A stretch of DNA of 64,000 bases, from positions 9,486,001 to 9,550,000 of the forward strand of contig NC_043017.1 in assembly GCF_006345805.1 (NCBI RefSeq), in the 5' to 3' direction. The notes under the pieces were generated by a model. That model was not told the DNA's origin, did not search any database, and saw only the letters and a list, made by a program, of their open reading frames with translations. A program made the position numbers and the translations under genes. This DNA is from Octopus sinensis. Its lineage: Eukaryota. Positions 1 to 11,881 of this stretch are shown here, one piece after another. Each line of letters starts with the position of its first letter. Position 1 is the stretch's first letter.

Positions 1-699
1 TGAGAAGACCCGTCCATCTCAACAAAAATTGAGGTCCTAAATGCATATCATTTACGTCTATGCCCCTGCACTCCATGTCAAGCCTTCTCCACATAGCCAT
101 CCCTTCATCACTCCTCTAACTATGGCACTTTTTATCCAGTGTTGTCATCATACACTTTTGGCACTACAGTAAAAGTTCTTCCATCAGATGAAACCATAGC
201 ATTATATCATTCTGACTTTCTCAAAGTGTTTTCTTGGCAGAGATATGAGGGAGGTTAGCCACAGCCTTCCACAATTGGATGGCCACTGGCCCAAAGAAAA
301 AACAGGTCTTATTTTCAATCCTGCTGGGTGTCCAGACACCCTTCTCACAAGAGTAGCAAGTTACTCAACTGGGGATTATTTATTCAACTGCTGTAATTAT
401 ATGAGAGTGGAATGGCAGATATTTCATCACCCTTCTGTGCTATCAGTTATCCTTCATCATTTGTCACATATCCCCACATTCTCATCATCACCATTGCTTT
501 TTTTTTTCCACTGAATGCCCCTTTCCCTTCCTGAGCACTCTCTCATATCAGCCCCTGATGCCACCCATCACCCCTACATACTTGTGACCTCTGTAACATA
601 GCTCAGATAATGGACAAAGTCAACAACTATTGAAAAGGTTGCAAGAAAATTTTAGAAAAATAAATAAGTAAATGAGTGGAAATTTTACCGGTGAGTGTC

Positions 700-1015
700 A
701 TCATCATCATCGTTTAACGTCCATTTTCCATGCTAGCATGGGTTGGATGGTTCAACTGGGGCCTGGGAAACCAGAAGGCTGCGCCAGGCCCAGTCTGATC
801 TGGCAGTGTTTCTACAGCTGGATGCCCTTCCTAACGCCAACCACTCCGTGAGTGTAGTGGGTGCTTTTTACGTGCCACCTGCACAGGTGCCAGACGAGGC
901 TGGCAATGGCCACAATCGGATGGTGCATTTTACGTGCCACCGGCACGGAGGCCAGTCGGGGCGGCGCTGGCAACAGTCACGTTCGGATGGTTCTCTTACG
1001 TGCCATCAGCACTGG
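700..1015 (-). mobile_element. RTE-type 3' tail repeat (family C), ending in (GAT)n, with internal ~60-bp subrepeats
   Basis: It shares GGCAGTGTTTCTACAGCTGGATGCCCTTCCTAACGCCAACC and a (CAT)n/(GAT)n tail with copies at ~4255-4395, 7190-7375, 45555-45868, 54905-55260 and 62240-62567. Confidence 0.75.
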
Positions 1016-1952
1016 GTGTGTTAAATTATAAGGCTCTAAAAGAGAATGACTCTCCCCAGACACAACAAAATATGCTTCAACACACGAACTCACATAAAGA
1101 ATCTTGCAAACCAAATCCCAAAACAAAACATATATATATATATAGGTGCAGGCATGGCTGAGTGGTATATACATACATAACTGGTTTCTTTCAGCTTCCA
1201 CCAACCAAATCCACCCACAAGACTTTGCTCAGCCCACGGCTAATGAAGAAAATACTTGCCCAAGCTATAGCAAAGTGAGGCTGAACCCCAAGACCACATA
1301 GACGGGAAGCAAACTTCTCAAACCATACAACCATTCCTGCACCTATACCAAACAGCTACACTTGGTACAGGGCAGCTGCGTCGAACTCTCTCGTGCACCA
1401 AATGGCATTTGCTAAAAAGCATTCGTGAAGGAAAATCATGTAGCAACACCGAATGGCGGTGCCCCAGCATGGCCACAGCTCATGAGCTGAAACTAGATAT
1501 AATTAAAAAAATTAATTAATTAATTAAATATCTTAATATTTCCCATGCCCCACCCCCCACAGCAGTGTCAGCAAAACAGACTTCCCAGTACTTGCAGAAA
1601 TAATGATGAGACAATCTTTACGTCGATGCATACGCAACGCAGTAATGCATCTGTAACCGTGACAACGTTAATAGCCAAGTGCATGTCAAAAGAGGGTCAC
1701 ATGACTACAAACTGGAGACAGTGAGCCGCGTTCATTGGAATAATTTGTTGAAATTCACTGAGCTGGAACGATATTATGTAATTAGAAATTTTAACCCAAC
1801 AAAGGCTGAAAAGTGCCAGAGCTTATTAGCCAAATGCCATGCAATGTAATGCTATATCTCAGCATGGCCCTATGCGTAAGTTAATTTGGGTGCTTCAGAA
1901 AGGCAGGTCAGTGCTTACGTCTGCAGCTGGTGCAGTTAATAATGCTTGCAAC

Positions 1953-2007
<55 letters not shown>

Positions 2008-2024
2008 ATATATATATATATGTA

Positions 2025-2071
<47 letters not shown>

Positions 2072-2253
2072 CATCATCATCATCGTTTAACGTCCATTTT
2101 CCGCGCTAGCACGGGTTGATATATATATGTATATATATATATATGTGTGTGTGTGTGTATGTATTTGTATGTATGTGTATAAATATATATATATATATGT
2201 GTGTGTGTGTATGTATTTATATGTATGTGTGTATATATATATATGTATGCATA

Positions 2254-2300
<47 letters not shown>

Positions 2301-2696
2301 GTTCAGCAAAAATTTAGATTCAAATGAATATGGTACTTAATTCAGATGTACCAGAATTCTGTATGGTGCTCTCCATAAAAATCCATGGGGTGATTATAAT
2401 CAAAATAAGCAACAAGAATGACTCCGGTAATTTGGTACGATCGTTTCGTACTACATCATTTTATTAAATGTTGTAAGTATTACAACAGTTTTAAAATGAT
2501 GTAGTACGAAATGATTGTACCAAATTACCAGAGTCATTCCTGTTGCTTATTTTGATATATATATATATATATATATGTATATGTGTGTATATATGTATAT
2601 ATATATATGCATATGTGTGTATATATGTATATATATGCATATGTGTGTATGTATGTATATATATATATAAATGTGTATATAGATATGTGTAGACTC

Positions 2697-2898
2697 GTTA
2701 GCACGCCGGGCGAAATGCGTAGCCGTATTTCGTCTACCGCTACGTCCTGGGTTCAAATTCCGCCGAGGTCGACTTACCCTTTCGGGGTCGATAAATTAAG
2801 TACCAGTTGCGCATTGGGGTCGATATAATCGACTTAATCCGTTTGTCTGTCCTTGTTTGTCCCCTCTGTGTTTAGCCCCTTGTGGGTAGTAAAGAAAT
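2697..2898 (+). mobile_element. tRNA-derived SINE family A (tail homologous to the Tx1 LINE 3' end)
   Basis: B-box-like GGTTCAAATTCC, central CCTTTCGGGGTCGATAAA domain and tail TTTGTCCCCTCTGTGTTTAGCCCCTTGTGGGTAGTAAAGAAATA. Further copies at 8111, 20972, 29415, 40290 and 61455. Confidence 0.85.
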
Positions 2899-2923
2899 AT
2901 ATATATATATATATACATATATA

Positions 2924-4190
2924 CAGGGTGCGATGGGTAAATTGTCACTATTTCATATTTTTAATTTTGCACACGTGCATTGTTTGTTTTTGAATTTGTT
3001 GACTACACAGTGTAGTAGGGGCAGTTGGGCACCGTTTGTGAGCAAAACAGCATCATGGAAACAATTCTCTCTGCCAGGTTTTGGAAATGTCATTCTGTAC
3101 TGTTTGGCAGTCATGCCGGAAGCTCCAATACGAACTTTTCAGAATGTTTGGGTGTCAATCTGAGGACGGTGCAGAGGATTCGGAAAGAGTTGGAGGAGTC
3201 TAATGGTGATTACAAAGGTACAGCAGCTCGGAAAACTCAATCTCATCATTGTAATAAGAAAAGAACTCCAAAATTTGTTGGTGAGACCCAGGCCATGATT
3301 GATAATGATCCCTCCAAGTTAGTCTGGTCCATCGCCAGGGACATAGGAGTATGTGTGAAGGTAGTGTGTGAAGACATTCAGTATTCCTCATACAAAATGA
3401 GAAAGGGCCAATTTTTATCCCAAGCCATTAAGGACAAGAGTAAAGACCATGCTACCAAGCATTTGAACAAATTCAAGCATCCCCTCACACTGAACATGCT
3501 TTGGTTTTTCTCAGATGAGAAAAATTTCTGCCAGAACAACCGTTGGCTTGCCATGTCCCCAAAACATAGACTGAGAGGGATAAAAAACAAACATCCAGTC
3601 AACATCATGGTGTTTGGGGTGATCACGGGTGATGGCAACATTATGCCCCATTCATTTTCCCACATGGCCTCAGACTCAACATGGAGGCCTACATCAAGTG
3701 CCTGGAGGGGGTAGTGTTGCCCTGGGTCAAGAGGGTAGCTGCTGGAACACCCTATGTCTGGCAACAGGACTCTGTACCATGCCACATAAGCAGGAGAACC
3801 CAGTCATGGTTGTCAGACAATTTCTGTAACGACATCACGCCTAACATCTGGCCACCAAACAACCCAGACTGCAACCTCCTTAATTATGCATGGGGCACAG
3901 TTGAGCAAGTGACCAACAAAACTCCTTTTAACACCAAAGATGAACTGAAGGCAAGGATTATGGTAGCATTCACCAACTTAAACAAGGAGACCATCCAGAA
4001 GAGTTGCAGGAGATTCTGAAGTCGTCTGGTGGTCGTGGTTGAAACCAATGGCAATTTTATTGAATAAATTTAATCTTCAGTATTTCAAGATATTTTTATG
4101 TAATTTTGGTAGATATATCTGTTAAAATGAGATGTTAGTGTTATTTTCATTTTTGCGTAATTTAGTCAACAATTTATTCACTGCACCCTG
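2924..4190 (+). mobile_element. Tc1/mariner superfamily, maT (DD37D)-type transposon with decayed transposase
   Basis: TIRs are TA|CAGGGTGCGATGGGTAAATTG and the reverse complement CAGGGTGCAGTGAATAAATTG, ~1.27 kb apart. Frameshifted ORFs 3025-3714 and 3681-4019 carry FSDEK and WQQDS..WPPNNPDCNLLNY. There are 37 residues between the second D and the third catalytic position, which here is N (D->N). Confidence 0.85.
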
Positions 4191-4393
4191 TGTGTGTGTG
4201 TATATATATAAACCATTAAGAGTAAATATTAGACCTTGATCGTAGCCATATACATCATCATCATAATTTAGCATCTGCTTTCCATGCTAGCATGGGTTGG
4301 ACGGTTCAACTGGGGTCTGAGAGGCCAGAAGGCTGCACCAGGCCCAGTCTGATCTGGCAATGTTTCTATGGCTGGATGCTCTTCCTAACGCCA

Positions 4394-4433
<40 letters not shown>

Positions 4434-5201
4434 TTTATCATTTACTGGTTTCAGTCATTGAACTGCCACCATGCTGGAGCAGTCTTGAAGAGTTTAGTCG
4501 AACAAATCAACCCCAGTACTCATTATTTTCCTATCCTGCTACTTATTCTATCAGACTCATTTGCCAAAACTGCCAACTTACAAGGACATAAACAAACCAA
4601 CACGAGTTGTCAAGTGGTGTTGGAACACACACACAAATATATATGTAAATATATATGAACTTCTTTGAGTTTCCCTTTACCAAATCCACTCACAAGGCTC
4701 TGGTTGACATAGGGCTTTAGTAAAAGACACTCACCCAAGATGCAATACAGTGGGACTGAACCAGAACCATCTGTTTGGAAAGCAAGCTTCTTACCACTCA
4801 ACTAACCTACACCAGCTCACACAGCCAAGCCTGCACCTATATACATATATATTACATACTAGTATACCCATCCTATGAAAAATTATGAAATTTTAAAAGA
4901 AATAAGGTGAAATTGTTATTTAATCCACTCACAATTGACATATCAATATACATTCCGTATATTTGATACGACTTGTTACAGCGTATCGTTGCCAGGTGAG
5001 GCTTTGATCAAAGTTTGTTCACCAAAAGTAGTATCATTTTGTTAACAATGTCGGATAGCATTCCATACAAAAGTATATCATTATGAAATAATGTCCAATA
5101 TATAAAATTGCTGTACTGAGTTATGGAATGTAAACAAACCAACACCAGTTGTCAAGCAGTGGTGATAGGGGACAAACCAAAACACAAAGACGTGTGTGTG
5201 T

Positions 5202-5246
<45 letters not shown>

Positions 5247-5370
5247 AAAGTAAGATAGGGGTTATGAGAGTAACTCACTATGGGATATCAGTTATCCAAT
5301 ATACTGCTGGTGAAATGGTAATATCTGTAAGTTGATGATTGAAATGAATTTGTTCCTCCATTTTCTTATT

Positions 5371-5421
<51 letters not shown>

Positions 5422-5821
5422 TTGTTGCTTATTTCGATTATATATATATAGGCATTATGGTACTAATGATCTGGTGTAGAACTCAATACATGTGTGCCTC
5501 TGAATGAAGCTTTAGCTGAGTACAGAGCACTAATAAGAAAAGAGACGACAAAGGAATAAATGATTATCTTGTGAAGTTCGTTAGCTTAAAACCGTTTCCA
5601 CTATAAGATGTGGTGAACTGAATAACACCTAGGGGTTACTCAGGTACTCGACTATGACTCCACCACATTTTATAATGGGAACGGCTGTAAGCTGATGAAG
5701 TTCAGAAGAGAACCGTTTGTTGCTTCCTCTGTCACCTCTTTGTTCATACACACACACATATATATATATACACACATATATCACACATATATATACACAC
5801 ATATATACACACACACATACA

Positions 5822-5859
<38 letters not shown>

Positions 5860-8110
5860 GTTCAAATGTACAGAAAACAAAAGACAAAGACAGGTGAGGG
5901 AACAACAAGCAGGTGTATTAGTTTAATATTCAGGAAAAATGGAAAAGTGTTTGATGTCTCAAACCTATGCTCTATAACAGAAAGAGATGAGAGGGGAAAA
6001 AATGGAGAGAGAACAAAAATGGAGAGAGATCCCTAAAATTTCAGGCTTTGCACCTCCAGTAGAAAGGATTGTTATTATTATTATTATTATTGTTGAGTGA
6101 GAGTGCAATATAAACCATGAAAGTGACACTGGGGTACAAATATACAAAGCCCAATATACACAACATGACTAACCATCTGATAAGGGTACACCATGCACAT
6201 GCATCACAACCTCATGTGCACAACATGGCTACCTCATATCAAGATAAGCTAATCATGACCTGGTAGGTGGAGCCCAGTTAGAATTTTCTTCCAGTCGAGT
6301 GATTCCTCCTGCTCCAAAGGTCCCTGAATAAGACTTGCTTAAAAAGATTATGGATGAAACACTCATGTTTTGAAGAGTGAATTATTCAAACTCCAAAGAA
6401 TCCTTCTCAACACATGGTTATGATATTCCTCAACTACTTCTGCTCATATCATCTATTAAGGGACATGCTCAACTGGTTAAGGGCAAACAAGTGACAAGCA
6501 AATTTGTGATATTGAGCAGAATATTTACTGTAGCCCATCTTTTATACAAAGACAAAACAATGTACATGACAACACTTCCAATCAGTTAAGATTGGAATCA
6601 CTGAGAGAGCAAATCCGTGTTGTCATTATTATTGTTATTACTATTATATTTATTTATTTAAAGAAATCAAAGTTCGTTAGTCTTAGTGACACAAAGAATA
6701 TGAAGACAGAACAGTTGGAAGATTAAGAATGGTATAAAGAGAGGATTAGGATGGAAATAAAATTTAGGGATTACAAGATTTAAGCAGTCACAATTTTAAA
6801 AACACAAAGAAGAAAGGTGTACAATTGGGGGAGGTGGATGGGGGAGGGCTGTTTTTAATGACTGCCTCCTGCAGTGGTCAAGCAGCAGTTTGACCATCAC
6901 AAACAACAACTAAGCTACAATCAGCAACTGCACCACCATCACGACTTCAATGAGTGGGGAGGGGGTTCTGTTTAGCTGCTCAAATCTCAAATCAAATCTG
7001 ATTGTGTTCTTTTACCAAAGAAAAAAGGAGAGACGGTTACGATGGAAACATCCTTGGTCATAGGTCTAAATCTATCAGCAGTGTTCTTGCGGTAAAAGCA
7101 ACAACAATCACGATAACTTATGAACCTCTGTATGACACTTTGACCTGCAGAAATAGAATCCAAATCTCCCTCAACATTATACGTTGCTAATTCTGTGCTG
7201 GTGGCACGTAAAAAGCACCCACTACACTTGTGGAGTGGTTGGCGTTAGGAAGGGCATCCAGCTGTAGAAACACTGCCAGATCAGACTGGAGCCTGGAGCA
7301 GCCCCTGGCTCCCCAGACCCCGGTCGAACCGTCCAACCCGTGCTAGCGCGGAAAACGGACGTATGATGATGATGATGAATGGTTTCAAATTTTGGCACAA
7401 AAACCAATAATTTTAGAGAGAGGAGGTTAGTTGCAAGGTTACATATTTCATGATTGAAGTTTGCATGTTTTAAAATAACAAAAAATCAAAATGAAATCTT
7501 TAACATTCAAATTACTGTCAAACACAATGGTTTCTTATTCACATTCTTTTGAATGCATCACGTATTATCTCGCAGCTTCAACATTATGATGATGTGATTG
7601 TTTATTTTGAGTATGACATTGTCTGGTGGGTGTGAAAGGCTGGATCTGACCAGTTTGAACATAAAACAGATAGAATATCTGAACCAGATATATGGCCAGC
7701 TTGAATTGCAACAGGTTAAACAAAGTTTCATATTATATATTTGAGAAGATTAATAAAGTTTGTTGATTAGTTATCATTAGTCATGTCTGTGCAGCCTCTT
7801 GCAAGAAGGAAACCAATTCTGTTCCGCCAGTGCAGCGTAGCAAGTGAGATTGCTTATCAATTCACTTTGGAAAATAAATAAATCTCTGCTGCTGCGGCAA
7901 CAGAGGTGGAAATTATTGCATCTGTAAACTACATTTGATACAACACAGAAATACCATAAAAACTGGACTCTCTTGGTTACGAATGACCATGGGTGCACCT
8001 AAGAGGCTCCCCCCCCCCCGGGTCCAAGTCTGGGGCAGAAAGTCACCTCACCGGCAAACGCACAACCTAGGGTTGTTTTTATGGAAGACCAGCAGTCACC
8101 CATGCATACC

Positions 8111-8330
8111 TATTTCTTGATTACCCACAAGGGGCTAAACATAGATGGGACAAACAAGGACAGACATAGGTATTAAGTCGATTCCATCGACCCCAGTGCG
8201 TAACTGGTACTTAATTTATCGACCCCGAAAGGATGAAAGGCAAAGTCGACCTCGGCGGAATTTGAACTCACAGCGTAACGACAGACGCATTTCGCCCGGC
8301 GTGCTAACGTTTCTGCCAGCTCGCCGCCTT
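8111..8330 (-). mobile_element. SINE family A with a 14-bp target-site duplication, inserted into another dispersed repeat
   Basis: CACCCATGCATACC occurs at 8097-8110 and 8331-8344. The interrupted host repeat is intact at ~60350-60510. Confidence 0.85.
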
Positions 8331-8469
8331 CACCCATGCATACCAGCCACCGATGTTATCCAAGAGTGTTAAAAACTGCCGTTCAAACCGAAAAGATCCG
8401 CCCCTTTTCTTTCCCCGAAACTCCAGCTTGTATTGCGTTTTTTATATTTTTGCTGGGTTGTTTGCTTTG

Positions 8470-8830
8470 TTTTTTGCTTACTCTTTTACGTGTTTCAGTC
8501 ATTTGACTGTGGCCATGCTGGAGCACCGCCTTTAATCGAGCAACTCGACCCCGGGACTTATTCTATCGGTCTCTTTTGCCGAACCGCTAAGTGACGGGGA
8601 CATAAACACACCAGCATCGGTTGTCAAGCAATGCTAGGGGGACAAACACAGACACACAAACACGCATATATATATTTATATACATATATACGACAGGCTT
8701 CTTTCAGTTTCCGTCTACCAAATCCACTCACAAGGCATTGGTCGGCCCGGGGCTATAGCAGAAGACACTTGCCCAAGATGCCACGCAGTGGGACTGAAAC
8801 CCGGAACCATGTGGTTGGTTAGCAAGCTAC
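8470..8830 (-). mobile_element. tRNA-derived SINE family B (CORE-like CCTTGGGCAAGTG motif)
   Basis: Same sequence as copies at 17735-18060, 41215-41660, 41990-42385, 58234-58636 and 58982-59394. It has a GGTTCAGTCCC B-box-like head and a (TAAAAGAG)n tail. Confidence 0.8.
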
Positions 8831-9283
8831 TTAACATTTTCTTAATGTTGGCTTCAATAAATCGTGTTCTTTTTTTTTTTTACTTAGAAAACATTTATAA
8901 ATAATATTTTGAGTATGAAAAGCGACTAAAACATACCACACAACAGATACATATTAATATCATTAGAGTGAATTAAAACAATCATTGAAGGTCTATCAAA
9001 AATACTCGAGTCCAAAGTCGAATTAAGTATGCGAAATTGTATTTTAGCGGCGTAAAATCTTTAGTATTACTTTTCGAGTTTTCTTCAGTTTTTTTTTTTT
9101 TTTTTTTTTTTGCATTAACCAGAGCAGCAATATATTTTGGCCCGGTCATTGCACCTCTTAAAATCCTTCTTATATCGTATATAAAGGAAAAAAAGCGGAG
9201 GGTGGGGCTGAGGTTCTGACCCCGTGACAAAAGGAAAATGAACCAAAATTTTGAAATGTGACATTAAAGATTTAACTTGGCTT

Positions 9284-9332
<49 letters not shown>

Positions 9333-10643
9333 AAGGTGCGATCCAGAGAGGAGTGGACAGCGTGCTGTGACCAGCGGTGTCAAATGGACGCCTGACGAAC
9401 TGGTCGGTCAAGGTGATATATATATATATATAGTTTTAGCCCAGTGAAATAATGTTTACTGCAACGTATACATCATAAATTCGCTAAATTACGGGAACGT
9501 AAACACACCCACATGTGAAGCGATGGTGGCGGTACAGACACACAAATACATATATATATATATATTATATAAAAGGGCTTAGTAAAATAAATTACTTTGC
9601 CGCATACTGAACTCATTAGAAATAGTAGCTAAAAAAACTTTTTTAAAACTATTTCTAATACTTAAAGAAAACCTCTCTCATATAGTGTTTGCTCAATTCA
9701 ACTCACGAAAGTATGGGGGTAAAGACATTAAAAAATCAAATGCAAAGGTTACATATATATATATATATATATATAGATATATATATAATATATGTGCCCC
9801 AGCATGGCCACAGCTCAAGAGCTGAAACTGGAAAACATAAACATATATATATATAACGATGCTGTAGTAACACATGTCTATTTACTATTTGTTTGTAATA
9901 AATGTGCTTGTTCCAATCGAATTAATCGCGTTTATAAAACGTGTCCCGTCGTTACAAGACACGTTGTGTGGGTGTGTTTTTAAAATAATCTACCGAAGTA
10001 GCGGTGCCTTAAGTTTCGAAATTCATATTTATTCACAATTATTTAATGCCTACGTTTCTTACGGATGTCTCATCTAATTTGGAGCTGATGAGAGAGCCAA
10101 AAGAAGCTTGAGCGTTAAATAAAGGGTAAAGACCTCCTTCAGCCACGAGTGACCATGGGGTTGCATCTCCGAAGTAGAAGTCCGGAGAAGGTTGTTTGTG
10201 GAAGGCCAGCAGTCGCCCATGCATACCAGTCTTTGCTTTCCGTAATAAATAGTCAACAAACACGGATTTCGAAACCTAATATACCGCTAACTGTACCGTT
10301 AGACTATATCAATAACTCAGCGAATGAACAATATTTATTGAAAGTTAATAATAAAACCTTCACTGCCGCCTTTCAAGTCTCTATGTATTTGAATGTCCTG
10401 GTAAGCTCTATAGTCAACAACAAAAGAATACTGCAGATATTTCTTTATAAACGAAAACGGGAAAAAAAAACGCTGATGGTCTGTGCATGCATGACAAAAG
10501 AAAACAACAAAAATAACTGTAAAGAGACACGCAAGAGATTTCGCGCCGCTAATATACATAATTACCCTCAGAAAATTATGTTTATATAACAATAATAAAA
10601 CGAAGAATGAATGAATTAGAAGTGAAGGTTAATGGAACTTCAC

Positions 10644-10689
10644 CTGTGACAAGGGCGAGCCGTCCTGATAAGAGACCAGCAGAAGTCAT
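10644..10689 (-). CDS. HSD17B8: First coding exon of a short-chain dehydrogenase/reductase, HSD17B8-like (17-beta-HSD type 8 / mitochondrial ketoacyl reductase subunit)
   Basis: Manual minus-strand translation from the ATG at 10689 gives MTSAGLLSGRLALVT-G followed by the donor CAG|GTGAAG. LALVTG is the start of the SDR Rossmann TGxxxGIG motif. As I recall, human HSD17B8 also has a phase-1 intron right after ..LALVT-G. I could not find the next exon (GxGSGIG..) in 1-10643, so it probably lies left of the window. Confidence 0.7.
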
Positions 10690-10810
10690 AGTCGGGTACT
10701 AAAAGATAATATGGAACAGGAAGTGACGTTCCTAACGGCGTTCAAGTGTGGTTGGCATTAAAGAGAAAGAATGGGTAGACAAATCGGACGTTGATCTCAC
10801 CCTGTTTAAT
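10690..10810. promoter_or_regulatory. CpG-containing, probably bidirectional promoter with an ETS-CRE composite motif
   Basis: CAGGAAGTGACGT at 10717-10729 matches the GGAAGTGACG ETS/CRE motif typical of housekeeping proximal promoters. It lies between the minus-strand ATG (10689) and a plus-strand ATG (10811). Confidence 0.5.
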
Positions 10811-10820
10811 ATGGAAGCAC
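10811..10820 (+). CDS. Candidate first coding mini-exon (MEA + phase-1 intron) of an unidentified divergent gene
   Basis: ATGGAAGCAC|GTAAGT has a perfect donor consensus, 122 bp from the HSD17B8-like ATG. No downstream exon was identified. Confidence 0.3.
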
Positions 10821-11064
10821 GTAAGTACTGAAAATTGATCAGGAATGGCGACATGAATGCGCTACGTCGGTAGAGGACGTTCGTTCCCACATGTACGCTG
10901 GTAGCAATGAGAAGCCTTATATGGGGCTCGTGGAAACTATTTTAAATGTAAAGAAAGGAGGAAGGAAAGTGAGATATTCCATAACGTTCCTCACGAAGAA
11001 ATGTGAGGCTGTGCAAAATGTGGGTCCCTTCTGTTTGGCTGCCAAGGTCAATTTCTTATATTCT

Positions 11065-11280
11065 TTTCTGCTCTAGGCATAAGGCCCGAAATTTTAGGGG
11101 AGAGGGAGGCCAGTCGATTAGATCGACCCCAGTACGCAACTTGTACTTAATTTATCGACCCTCAAAGGATGAAAAGCAAAGTTGACCTCGGCGAAATTTG
11201 AACTCAGAATGTAAAGACAGACGAAATACTGCTAAGCACTTTGCCCGGCGTGCTAACGCTTCTGCCAGCTCGTCGCCTGT
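11065..11280 (-). mobile_element. SINE with the family-A head and core but a different 3' tail (A2)
   Basis: Head GGCGACGAGCTGGCAGAAGCGTTAGCACG and the core match family A. The tail (..CCCCTAAAATTTCGGGCCTTATGCCTAG) differs from family A. Similar A2 tails lie at ~38060-38190 and ~40510-40700. Confidence 0.65.
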
Positions 11281-11405
11281 CAGTTTCTTATATTGATGGA
11301 TAAAAAGCCATAAATGTTCCGTCTTGGTTTTCCTGTCCGTCTCTGTATCATCCACCTGTCCGTATGTTTTTATTGTCATCCGTTATCGTTATGCTCTTGT
11401 TCCAT

Positions 11406-11445
<40 letters not shown>

Positions 11446-11822
11446 TAACAAGGAAATGAAGAAAATGCTGACAAAATAATTTAAGTAAGGGAGAGTGTAT
11501 ATCTGATAAGAGAAAAAAATCAATCAGAAAGGAACTCTATCTCACTCAAAATATCTTTTGATAAGCATACCAAATGCGCAACCGGTAAAAAGAACTTTCA
11601 CCTAATTAAATACACTCTCCCTTACTTAAATTATTTTGTCAGCATTTTCTTCATTTCTTTTTTTATATATCACAACTCGTGTTCCACATCTCCTTTTTTA
11701 AATATATATATATATATATATATACCATACATACATACACGTCTATCTATCTATATCTATCTATCTCCTCTCTCTCTCTCTCTCTATATATATTATATAT
11801 ATATAATATATATATATATATA

Positions 11823-11823
<1 letters not shown>

Positions 11824-11880
<57 letters not shown>
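11824..11880. repeat. (GATA)n microsatellite at the 3' end of Tx1 copy 1
   Basis: Direct reading. Confidence 0.95.

Positions 11881-11881
<1 letters not shown>

Noticed and set aside
1839-2828. YI/CV/MY-repeat ORFs here and throughout the window
   Set aside because: These are translations of (TA)n, (TG)n and (TATG)n microsatellites.
10335-10592. Protein kinase catalytic loop (IHRDLK)
   Set aside because: It lacks the following xxN and all other kinase motifs. It is a chance match in the SDR intron.
1-10643. Downstream exons of the HSD17B8-like gene
   Set aside because: A manual search for GxGSGIG, NSAGI, YAASK and similar motifs on the minus strand found none. I may have missed a short exon, but none is reported.
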